From Candidatus Poribacteria bacterium (GTDB lineage: Bacteria > Poribacteria > WGA-4E > WGA-3G): DNA of 64,000 nt. The DNA lies in contig OZ251518.1 in the NCBI GenBank assembly GCA_965242965.1, positions 1,408,001 to 1,472,000 of the forward strand, written 5' to 3'. The position numbers were made by a program, and so were the translations under genes. The notes beneath the pieces were generated by a model, which did not search any database, was not told where the DNA came from, and saw nothing but the letters and a program-made list of their open reading frames with translations. Below, piece after piece: positions 1 through 8,478 of the stretch (the first letter of the stretch is position 1; every line of letters starts with the position of its first letter).

Positions 1-1151
1 CCGTTGACATGATGCACCACAGCGTTGCCGTTTGCGTCGGCTTCAAACTGAAACGTTTTTCTCCCGAACCCGTGGCGTTCCATCTCGTCGGCATAGAAAC
101 GCTGGGCTCCCTTGATGAGTGCATCAATTGTTGCGTCTACGCTAGGACGGACAGGTCTGTCGCTGGGCCGGAAGTAGATGAGGGACACAAGGCTTGGAAC
201 CCCCGGTAAGTGGATTGGCTTAAACGGATCGAATTCAACTTGTGTTCCGTTTAGTTGGATGGCTGGGATATGCGTTTGGTGTGCCGCTGCATTTAACGGG
301 CAGTCCCTGAGATCCAGTTGTTCCAAGTTTGTAAGGCGTACCAGCACCGAGACATCCGAAACTGCGGTGCCGTTGAGATACAGCCTCTGCAAGTTTGTAA
401 GGCGTGCCAGCGAAGAAACATCCGAGACATCGGTGTGCTGGAGACCCAGCCTTTCCAAGTTTGTGAGGCGTGCCAGCGCAGACACATCCGATACATCGGT
501 GGTGCTGTGGAGATACAACCTCTCCAAGTTTGTAAGGGGTGCCAGCGCAGACACATCCGAGACTAAAGTGGCGGTGAGCTCAAGCGTCCTCAAGTTTGTG
601 AGGGTTGCCAGCGCAGACACATCCGATACATCGGTGCCGCCGAGCTCAAGCGTCCTCAAGTTTGTGAGATGTGCCAGCGAAGAGACATCTGATACACCGG
701 TGTTGAGGAGCCGCAGCCTTTCCAAGTTTGTGAGGTGCGCCAGCGCAGACACATCCGAGACTGCGGTGCCGTAGAGATCCAGTTCCTCCAAGTTTGTAAG
801 GGATACCAGGGGCGACAAATTGGATATCGGATTATGATGCAACTCATTGTTAACGTTATCCCAAATCCCGCCAAGATACAACTCTGTCAGATTGACTGCG
901 TATTCCAGGCCGGTGAGAGCTGCTATCCCACGGCCTGGTGCATCAAGCCGCGTTAAATTGCGCAGTTCATCCGACGTGATTGCTGCGCCGGGTGGCAGGC
1001 CGAGGGTTTCACGAATGGCTGCGGCTAAGTTGGCATCCGGAATGGACACCACTTCCCCTGCCGCTTCTACTTGGGCAGTGGTGTTCGTGACGCTCAGCAA
1101 AAGTGTGGTCGTTAAGAGTAGTGCCAAGACGGTAATGAGGTTCTTTTTCAT
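1..1151 (-). CDS. Secreted internalin-type leucine-rich-repeat protein, probably with a downstream metallopeptidase-like domain (3' end runs off the window)
   Basis: Absent from the ORF track because there is no stop in the window. Manual translation from ATG at 1151: signal peptide MKKNLITVLALLLTTTLLLSVTNTTAQ, then IPDANLAAAIRETLGL...LTGLEYAVNLTELYL, about eight 22-aa repeats (LTNLERLxLxxTxVSDVSxLAR), then LIYFRPSDRP...AQRFYADEMERHGFGRKRF. Confidence 0.85.
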   Translation of the reverse strand, partial: MKKNLITVLALLLTTTLLLSVTNTTAQVEAAGEVVSIPDANLAAAIRETLGLPPGAAITSDELRNLTRLDAPGRGIAALTGLEYAVNLTELYLGGIWDNVNNELHHNPISNLSPLVSLTNLEELDLYGTAVSDVSALAHLTNLERLRLLNTGVSDVSSLAHLTNLRTLELGGTDVSDVSALATLTNLRTLELTATLVSDVSALAPLTNLERLYLHSTTDVSDVSALARLTNLERLGLQHTDVSDVSSLARLTNLQRLYLNGTAVSDVSVLVRLTNLEQLDLRDCPLNAAAHQTHIPAIQLNGTQVEFDPFKPIHLPGVPSLVSLIYFRPSDRPVRPSVDATIDALIKGAQRFYADEMERHGFGRKTFQFEADANGNAVVHHVN

Positions 1152-1287
1152 TTGCGTGGATTTTCTTGTGAGTTGTCGCGGCAACGGTTTTGGACGCGTG
1201 CCGCGGGGTTTCGGATAAAGGTTTTATGAAAAGATAACAAATTCCGCAATTAAAATCCAGATTTTTTATTGCGTTGCCAAGGCAGAC

Positions 1288-1765
1288 CGGTAGGAGAGAC
1301 CTCCTGGTCTCGATTTTTCCAGTCGGTGCGCCGTCCCGCTCACGATGCAAGCGATGTCCCCGTAGGAGAGACCTCCCGGTCTCGATGCAATAGGGCGGCG
1401 CGCCTACCGGGGCAGCGGCGGCAGAAGCCACCTTGAAAAAACGTCTTTAAGGTCCGTAGGACCTTAATGTCTATAGCACGCGCACCTGCGAAGAATCCTA
1501 AGGTCCTTTAGGTCCTTAATAGCTTTTGCCATGCGGCGCGTGTTTTTATTAAGGACCTAAAGGACCTTGAAAACGGAACGACACGTGTTTCTATAGACAG
1601 GTAGGACCTAAAGGACTTAAAACGCTACCTCTTGACGATGGAGTTCGCGGGGGCCTGTCCCCCGCGCTACGGGAACATCGAGACCAGGAGGTCTCTCCTA
1701 CGGGAAAGACATCGAGACCAGGAGGTCTCTCCTACGGGAAAGACATCAATATATGAAACACACTC
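1288..1765. repeat. Mosaic REP array (A-type x4, C-type, ~170-bp four-hairpin element) with an inverted end at the right edge
   Basis: GTAGGAGAGACCTCCyGGTCTCGAT copies; AGGTCC..AGGACCT hairpins at 1450-1618; ATATGAAACACACTC at 1751-1765. Confidence 0.9.
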
Positions 1766-1772
1766 AGGTTAT

Positions 1773-3443
1773 CTACGCAAAACACCGTTCCCAGCGCGGG
1801 AGGAATCCCTCTGTCACAAACTTGTCAAGCTGCCAGAGATGCTTTTGCGGTGCCCTCTGAAAAAAGGTGCCCATTGCCAAGACGAGCGTATCGCTGAAAC
1901 CGTGCGCGCTTTCAACTTGGGACAGCGTTTCATAAGTCTGCAAAAGTGCCGTGTGGATGCGGAGAAAATTCAACGCGGCGAGGCTGAAAGCGTTCAGTTT
2001 CAGGTGCCCATCCGCGGTCTTCTCCCAATGCCATTCAGGTTGATAGAGCCTCTCCAGTCGCACTTTACAGCATTGCACGGCTTCCGCAATCACCTCGGTT
2101 GCAACAGGTTTTTGCAATTGGCTTGCCAACTTTTGCTGTAAAGTGCGCTGCGCCGCCGCGCAGGTTATCCACTTCTGGAATCCCTCCGATGCATGCGCGA
2201 AGCACTTGCGAAGATCAGCGAGAGTTAAGTCCAACTTACTCGGAAAAGCCTTGAGCAGCGAGGAACTTGGCAGCAGATGCGCCTGTTCGGGATATTGCAT
2301 CAAAAACTTATACTCCACTGCATCCGCTAAAAGTTCCGCGACGATGGGCGTGAAAGCGACAATGGAACGTTCATAAAACTCGGCATCTATGAATTGCCGG
2401 AGTTTCGTCCGATTAAGGCAGACTTCTCCCGAATCGGTGGTGGTGAACGCCTCAGCAAAAGTGGTGGGCTCGCCTAAAACCGAAGCTTCCTCAGCCAAAG
2501 AGAGCGGCCGATGAAAACTCGCCAATTGCCGATACGGCTCTTCAAAATCAAGAAGACATTCCTGCCACTGATGCCCCCAAGTATCGTGAATGAGGAACTG
2601 ATCCAGCGTATCTAACGGCAGGAAGCCTATCATCCGCGTCAGCAGGAGTGTGGTTAATTCAACCGAGAGCCCCGCATTCTCGGCGAGGCACTGCCGCAAA
2701 GCGAAGTCCACCTTTTCGGCATCAAAGGTGCTGAAAACGGGGAAGTGCGCGAAGGGCTCTACCTCCCAAATTCTTTGGAGAAATTGGACAGTCGCTGCAG
2801 GTAAACCCTCCTTCTTTGCACTTGCTACCGTGGGCAGACAGAAATAGAGCGCGGAGGCAGTTTTGACTAGTTTTACCTCGCCTGCATGAAAAGGCGCGTC
2901 GGGGAACAAACACCGAAAAAAGCGCAAGACTGCGGCATCTAAATCGGCGGCATCGGATACCAGCTCGAACCGCGTCTCTAACCCTCGCATAATCTGGTGC
3001 CGCCAGGCAAGCGGCGCGGTGCGGCCAGTGAGTTGCCACGCCAACGCATCCATCGCTGTTGCATCCAGTCCAAATACCTGTTGGAGCCGGTGCTTCAGTT
3101 TCTCCCTTTCGGTTGGATTCGCGGGTGCATCGGGTGTAAAGCGGCAGAAAATTTGAGAGCCCGCCGTATCAAGATTTTCAATCTCTGGATGATGGACAAG
3201 TGCCGGATACCGCTCAAGCGATAGCCAGACAGCTTCAACAAAAGCAGCGTCAACATCAGGAACGCTAACGCACTGCCTTGTATCGCGGCGCATGACTTCG
3301 GAGGAGGCAGACACCAAATCAGCATGCGTCTCAAGCACGTCGGCTTTCTTCTCCTGCGCGCTTGTCTCAAACGCCTTCAAATGCTCTAAGACATTTTCCC
3401 AATGGCAGGAGATATGATGCGCGCGCGAAGTATAGGTGTTCAT
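1773..3443 (-). CDS. Hypothetical protein (556 aa), possible metal-binding motif HDTWGHQWQE
   Basis: Long ORF; GGAGG RBS before ATG at 3443 (MNTYTSRAHH); no family recognised. Confidence 0.8.
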   Translation of the reverse strand: MNTYTSRAHHISCHWENVLEHLKAFETSAQEKKADVLETHADLVSASSEVMRRDTRQCVSVPDVDAAFVEAVWLSLERYPALVHHPEIENLDTAGSQIFCRFTPDAPANPTEREKLKHRLQQVFGLDATAMDALAWQLTGRTAPLAWRHQIMRGLETRFELVSDAADLDAAVLRFFRCLFPDAPFHAGEVKLVKTASALYFCLPTVASAKKEGLPAATVQFLQRIWEVEPFAHFPVFSTFDAEKVDFALRQCLAENAGLSVELTTLLLTRMIGFLPLDTLDQFLIHDTWGHQWQECLLDFEEPYRQLASFHRPLSLAEEASVLGEPTTFAEAFTTTDSGEVCLNRTKLRQFIDAEFYERSIVAFTPIVAELLADAVEYKFLMQYPEQAHLLPSSSLLKAFPSKLDLTLADLRKCFAHASEGFQKWITCAAAQRTLQQKLASQLQKPVATEVIAEAVQCCKVRLERLYQPEWHWEKTADGHLKLNAFSLAALNFLRIHTALLQTYETLSQVESAHGFSDTLVLAMGTFFQRAPQKHLWQLDKFVTEGFLPRWERCFA

Positions 3444-3537
3444 GAACGCCTCCAAAGCACTGCAGTAAACGGGTTCTCCCCGTGCAGGGAGAACCCGCCT
3501 ACCGTAACGAACCGTTTCAGAGCGAGCCTTACGGTAT

Positions 3538-4380
3538 TCACAGCGGTAACTCCGAATCGGTACTCGCCGGTTGCTTCTGTGGTTCAGTTTTCTGCGCCGG
3601 GGCGGTGTCCGTCTGCTGCGCGCCGAAGATGAGGGAGTCGAATTCATCGGAGGCGGCCGTTGTGCGTGCAGCGGTGAGGAATTCTTCCTCTTCGGTGCGC
3701 GTATCGGTGCCGGCCAACTCCTGCGCTACTTTCGAGCGTCCCTTCGCCTTCTCGCGAATCTCGCGCATCCGCGTCAACTCCGCCGAGGTGCCATCCATAC
3801 TGATACCGGAGAGCATGTCGGCGATATCCTCCTGCTCGCGGGCGGTAATCAGATCGGCGACAGCCTCAGACTGCTCTGTCTTAATCTTATTCAGATCGCG
3901 ATGGAGCGACGTTATCTGAAGTTTATGCGCTTCGATATCCTCCTGGGCGCGCTCAATATCCGCCTCCAACTCAATAACGCGCGCGTTTTTCTCCTCCAAC
4001 GTGGAGTGAAAATCGTTGTAGGCGGTGACACAGCGGACGTATTCCGAATCCTGCTTGACTTCCTCCGGGCCCATCCCGGAACGCTGCAGTTCGGTAGCCG
4101 TAGTCTTCGCCTTAGCAATCGCGCCCGATTTCAGGTCTTCCAGACGGTTAATGTCGTCTGTCAGACCCTTGAGCGTGCCTTTTTTCTGTTCCACAAGTGC
4201 CATGAGCTGGCCGATGGCCTGCTTATAGCGTTGGACATTCCCCTGCTTCTCGCGGATAATATCTTCATACGCGCCGCGCACGGCTTCGGGGTTCTCCATC
4301 ATCCTATCGGCCGATTCGTGTGCGCGGCCGGTAAGCGTATACCAAATCGCTTTGAAAAAACGGGTGATTCCGTTTGACAT
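3538..4380 (-). CDS. PspA/IM30 (bacterial ESCRT-III-like) coiled-coil protein
   Basis: Amphipathic N-terminal helix MSNGITRFFKAIW, 'DRMMENPEAV' matching the PspA 'D..EDPE..L' motif, long coiled coil; AAGGAG RBS. Confidence 0.65.
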   Translation of the reverse strand: MSNGITRFFKAIWYTLTGRAHESADRMMENPEAVRGAYEDIIREKQGNVQRYKQAIGQLMALVEQKKGTLKGLTDDINRLEDLKSGAIAKAKTTATELQRSGMGPEEVKQDSEYVRCVTAYNDFHSTLEEKNARVIELEADIERAQEDIEAHKLQITSLHRDLNKIKTEQSEAVADLITAREQEDIADMLSGISMDGTSAELTRMREIREKAKGRSKVAQELAGTDTRTEEEEFLTAARTTAASDEFDSLIFGAQQTDTAPAQKTEPQKQPASTDSELPL

Positions 4381-4449
4381 TTTTCTTAACTCCTTATATC
4401 TGATACTAAATTGCGTTCTATGAATAGTCGGCGCAAAGCCGTCTTTAAC

Positions 4450-4512
4450 CATCGAGACCAGGAGGTCTCTCCTACCGGAATGCATCGAGACCAGGAGGTC
4501 TCTCCTACCGGT
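4450..4512. repeat. Tandem pair of A-type REPs
   Basis: CATCGAGACCAGGAGGTCTCTCCTACCGG twice. Confidence 0.9.
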
Positions 4513-5283
4513 CTATGCGTCTAATTCGGCACCTGATTCATCGGGCGCGAGGGAACGAATCTGTTCATCAACCTGCTTTGCAAAAGCGAGGCTTTTGTCT
4601 AGTTCATCCCGGAGCCGCGCGAGTTCTGTCTCTTTGCTCTCAGGACCGAGGGTTAGCACCCGCGCGTAGAGCTCGGAGAGTTGCAAAATCGTCTGCTGAA
4701 CGTCCGCGATTTGCTGTTCCCTGTGGTGCGCTAGCACACTTTTGACGGTAGCCCCTAACTGCGCGTTTCTCGTCTTTTCGTGCATTTTAAGCGAATCTTT
4801 CAGGCATTGCACCGCCTGCGCAAAGAGCTGAGAGACTTTATCGGTAATCTCCGCGGAAACGAGGAGCGGCAGCGTTCCCATCCACGTCCCACTGCGCGCC
4901 TCTTCCTGAAAAGACTGATGCAAGGCGCGGAGTTCTTGGAGCATCATCTCCGTTCGCGCATCGCCATCCGCCGCCAATTGCTGATGTAAGGCGTTCAGTT
5001 CCGCCTCCTGCTTCTGGTTTACCTCGTTAAGGAGCTCCTCATGCACCTGCTTGGCGATGTCATCGGTGCCGGTGGCCCACTTGGTAATTATCGCACCTAT
5101 TGGCACACAGATACCGAGCACCGCGCTTGCAAAAGCGTAGAGAATCCCCGGCTCTAAATTGAGCACCCAAGAGGCAAATGCGATGGATACCCCCGCAGCA
5201 AACGGGAAGACGACGTAAGAATTGCCGATAAAGTGCAGTAGGAATTTCTTCCGGAACAACTTCTGATCGATCACCTTTTTCAC
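4513..5283 (-). CDS. Membrane protein with 2 N-terminal TM helices and a helical C-terminus, PspA-associated
   Basis: Two hydrophobic segments then coiled-coil-like sequence; GTG start; same strand and directly upstream of the PspA-like gene. Confidence 0.8.
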   Translation of the reverse strand: MKKVIDQKLFRKKFLLHFIGNSYVVFPFAAGVSIAFASWVLNLEPGILYAFASAVLGICVPIGAIITKWATGTDDIAKQVHEELLNEVNQKQEAELNALHQQLAADGDARTEMMLQELRALHQSFQEEARSGTWMGTLPLLVSAEITDKVSQLFAQAVQCLKDSLKMHEKTRNAQLGATVKSVLAHHREQQIADVQQTILQLSELYARVLTLGPESKETELARLRDELDKSLAFAKQVDEQIRSLAPDESGAELDA

Positions 5284-5376
5284 CGAGCTCTAACGTTTTT
5301 TTGCAACTTGCAAATCCATTATGACACATTATCGCATATTGTTTAGAAAATTGCAAGGAAAATTGCAAAAAACAAC

Positions 5377-5405
5377 TTGACAAGCATCAGAATTTCTGAT
5401 TAAAT
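5377..5405 (+). promoter_or_regulatory. Putative sigma70 promoter
   Basis: TTGACA-17 nt-TTAAAT in an AT-rich divergent intergenic region. Confidence 0.5.
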
Positions 5406-5449
5406 AAAGGTAGCGAATGCAACAAAGAAGAAACAGGACTAACCTAATT

Positions 5450-5800
5450 GAGGGTGTTTCATAAATTGCTCAACGTCGCGGGCGAAACTCTCTCGGATGC
5501 GCGTGTGGCATCCGAGGCCCCCCGCGCTACGATGAAAAAACGTCTCCCCTTCCCGTAGGGCGAGGGCCTGTCCCTCGCCATGCGTTTTGGTGTCAGACCG
5601 CATCCCCCTGTAGATCAGGATCGCCTGATCCTGATCCGTTCGGGATCTGGCGATCCCGAACTACAGAGGTGGGCCCGATGCCTGCCGGTAGGAGAGGCAC
5701 AACCCTCTAGTTTGCGAGCACCTAACGTCTGGCAGCATTGGGACTAGGAGGGCTCTCCTACGGGGAAGCCATCGAGACCGGGAGGTCTCTCCTACCGGGG
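5450..5800. repeat. Mosaic REP array beginning with the inverted end GAGGGTGTTTCATAAAT
   Basis: End motif at 5450, followed by C, B, GATCGCC-loop and A-type REPs. Confidence 0.9.
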
Positions 5801-5828
5801 ACGTTCTGCGTCCGTCCCAGAAAATGAC

Positions 5829-8186
5829 ATGATTTACAAAACTTTTACCTTTTGGCTATGCTTCATCGGCTTCAGCGTGCTGGCACTCATCCTAGCGAAC
5901 GTGCCGCTGTTTAACCTGCTCGGATATGAGTTCTCCGCCGTGCTGGCACTCGGCATCGCGTTCGCAGGCGCGTTTATTGCGATAACAGTGCGACAGCAGA
6001 TGAAACGCGACCCGGGCGCGACAATCGGTTCGCCCGCGCAGCGCGTGATGCGCTGTTTCTGGCGCGCTCTATCGGCGAACGTTGTTATCCTGATGGCACC
6101 CCTCAGCATCATACTGCTGAACGCGTTCCGGGTGCAGAATTGCAATATCGGCGAAGGGCTCCTCTTCTTCGGATTATTGCCCGGGGTCAGCTGCCTTTAC
6201 GCCACTGCCGCGGGTGTCTTCTTCGGGACATGGCTGCACAACCGGTGGAAGGCGTTTTTGTCTTACATCGGCTACATTGTCCTCACCTATATTCCGCTGG
6301 TGATAAACCTCGTGTGGCATCCGCCGGTATTCGCGTATCACGCGACGTTCGGCTATTTCCCGGGTCCGATTTACGATGAGCGGATTGTAATAACGGGAAC
6401 GCTGCTCATCGCGCGGGCATGCACGTTGATGGGGGCACTGTTGTTCTTAAGCATCGCCGTGAATACCTGCGAGGTGAGCCGAGAAAGCGGATGGTTGCCG
6501 CGCCTGAAGTGGCATGCCTTGTTGCATTTTCGTTCAATGAGACACCTGTCTATCTATTTCCTCGCTATCATGGTCTTCGGGACGTATCTCTACGCCGGCG
6601 AATTAGGGATGCGGCCCTCACGAGACGATATCGCGCGGAAACTAGGCGGCTTCCGCGAAACGGAACATTTTGAAATCTACTACGCCACATCGTTAGAAGG
6701 GCACATTGAACTTATTGCACAAGATTGCGAGTTTCAATACGCGGAAGTAGCGAATTATCTGGGCACAGAAACGCAGCAGAAAGTGCGCGCCTATATTTAC
6801 GCATCGCCTGAGCAGAAAAAGCGGTTGATTGGCGCAGGCAGCACTTCCGTAGAAGACCCGGGGGGACACGGCTTCCACATCCATGCACAAGGATTTCCGC
6901 ATCCGGTGCTGAAGCATGAACTCGCACACGTCTTTACCGTGCCCTGGTCCCCCTTGAAGGTGAGTCTCAAGATAGGGCTGCACGAGGGCATCGCCGTTGC
7001 AGCCGATTGGGAGGAGGGAAGATTGACACCGCATCAGTGGGCAAAGGCGATGCGGCAGCTGCAACTCGCGCCATCGCTTTCGGACATCATGGGCATCGGG
7101 TTTTGGGGACAGGCAGGTTCGCGGAGTTATCTGCTGACAGGCTCGTTCGTGCGGTTCCTCGTGGATACTCACGGCATTGAGAAGTTCATCCGTGTTTTTC
7201 CAACGGGCAATTTTGAAAAGCATTACGGCAAAGCGTTGCATCAGTTAGAGGCGGAGTGGGCAACATTTTTAGACAGCGTTCCGTTGTCAGATTCGGCGGT
7301 GGTGTATGCGAAGACCCGTTTACAGCCGGGCGGTATCTTTGAAAAGCACTGCGCTCACGAGATTGCGGCTTTGCGGCACGATGCATGGCAGGCATACCGC
7401 CGAAGAGATTTTGCCACCGCCGCGAAAACCTTTGAACAGATGCTCGCTTTTGAACCGGATAATGTGAGAAGTGTGCGCGGGCTGATGTTCAGCGCATATC
7501 GGCTGAAAGATTACGAACGCGCGCGCTCGCTCGCGAATAACCTCGCCGCAGACCTGGTTCATCAAAACGTAGGGCGCGGGCCTGTCCCGCGCCATGTTGA
7601 AAGCACCCAGGAGAACGTAGGGCGCGGGCCTGTCCCGCGCCATGTCGGAAGTACCCAGAGGGCAGAAGCCCAAATATTAATCGGCGACATCCACTGGCTG
7701 AAAGACGAACCAGCGGCAGCAACGCAGGCATACCTCGCTGTCCAAACGGTAGATGCCCGGATGCAGCGCAACGTTACCAAACGGCTCGCCGCACTCTCAG
7801 AGGAAAGCGGACAAAAGCACCTCCGCAGTGTGCTTCTAGCGCAGGAAAGTAACGCAGAAAAGATGGCGCGTTTATCTGCCTGCAAGGCGAGCTTTTTGAC
7901 ACATTTCCTCGCCGGTGAACTGCTTCACAGAGAAGGCGCATGGGAGATGAGCAATCAACATCTCAAACAAGCAGTAGCACTCAATGAAAACACCACTTCA
8001 CGTTTTCCGCAACTGATGTTGGAAGCGACAAGATTAATAGGGCTCAACGCCTATCGTTTGGGGGATTACGCAACTGCCGAAAACGCCTTCTCGGCGATAG
8101 CAGAAGATGAGACTTTACCGCTGGGCACCGTCCTGAACGCGCAAACGTGGATTCGTAGGTGCCAGTGGAGTGCAGGAACCCAGTAG
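5829..8186 (+). CDS. Multi-pass membrane protein with a zinc metallopeptidase (gluzincin/MA-like) domain and C-terminal TPR-like repeats
   Basis: About 7 TM segments, HELAH with downstream EGIA, helical TPR-like C-terminus. Confidence 0.8.
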   Translation: MIYKTFTFWLCFIGFSVLALILANVPLFNLLGYEFSAVLALGIAFAGAFIAITVRQQMKRDPGATIGSPAQRVMRCFWRALSANVVILMAPLSIILLNAFRVQNCNIGEGLLFFGLLPGVSCLYATAAGVFFGTWLHNRWKAFLSYIGYIVLTYIPLVINLVWHPPVFAYHATFGYFPGPIYDERIVITGTLLIARACTLMGALLFLSIAVNTCEVSRESGWLPRLKWHALLHFRSMRHLSIYFLAIMVFGTYLYAGELGMRPSRDDIARKLGGFRETEHFEIYYATSLEGHIELIAQDCEFQYAEVANYLGTETQQKVRAYIYASPEQKKRLIGAGSTSVEDPGGHGFHIHAQGFPHPVLKHELAHVFTVPWSPLKVSLKIGLHEGIAVAADWEEGRLTPHQWAKAMRQLQLAPSLSDIMGIGFWGQAGSRSYLLTGSFVRFLVDTHGIEKFIRVFPTGNFEKHYGKALHQLEAEWATFLDSVPLSDSAVVYAKTRLQPGGIFEKHCAHEIAALRHDAWQAYRRRDFATAAKTFEQMLAFEPDNVRSVRGLMFSAYRLKDYERARSLANNLAADLVHQNVGRGPVPRHVESTQENVGRGPVPRHVGSTQRAEAQILIGDIHWLKDEPAAATQAYLAVQTVDARMQRNVTKRLAALSEESGQKHLRSVLLAQESNAEKMARLSACKASFLTHFLAGELLHREGAWEMSNQHLKQAVALNENTTSRFPQLMLEATRLIGLNAYRLGDYATAENAFSAIAEDETLPLGTVLNAQTWIRRCQWSAGTQ

Positions 8187-8412
8187 GAGGAACATCCCGT
8201 TTGTGCTCAGGCGAGCACAAACTACAGAGGAGGCGGGCGCGCAGGAACCCAGTAGGAGGGACATCCCTGTCCCGATATGCTTTTTCAAAAATGCATCGAG
8301 ACCGGGAGGTCTCTCCTACCGCAGCGGGACATCCTTGTCCCGATATACCTCTTCGGTAGGAGGGACATCCCTGTCCCGATAGGCACATCGAGACCAGGAG
8401 GTCTCTCCTACA
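8183..8412. repeat. REP array (F-type GTAGGAGGGACATCCyTGTCCCGAT and A-type)
   Basis: Repeated hairpin units seen directly in the sequence. Confidence 0.85.
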
Positions 8413-8478
8413 GCGGCAGAAATCGAGACAGGGAGGGCCCGGCGGCCCGTCTACGGCGGAAAAGGAGACATAGACATA

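Noticed and set aside
178-774. 198-aa repetitive + strand ORF
   Set aside because: Antisense shadow of the minus-strand LRR gene.
1290-1313. Paired BsaI sites (GAGACC/GGTCTC) in A-type repeats and an AscI site at 26115, suggesting synthetic cloning scars
   Set aside because: They are stems of natural palindromes present in dozens of degenerate copies.
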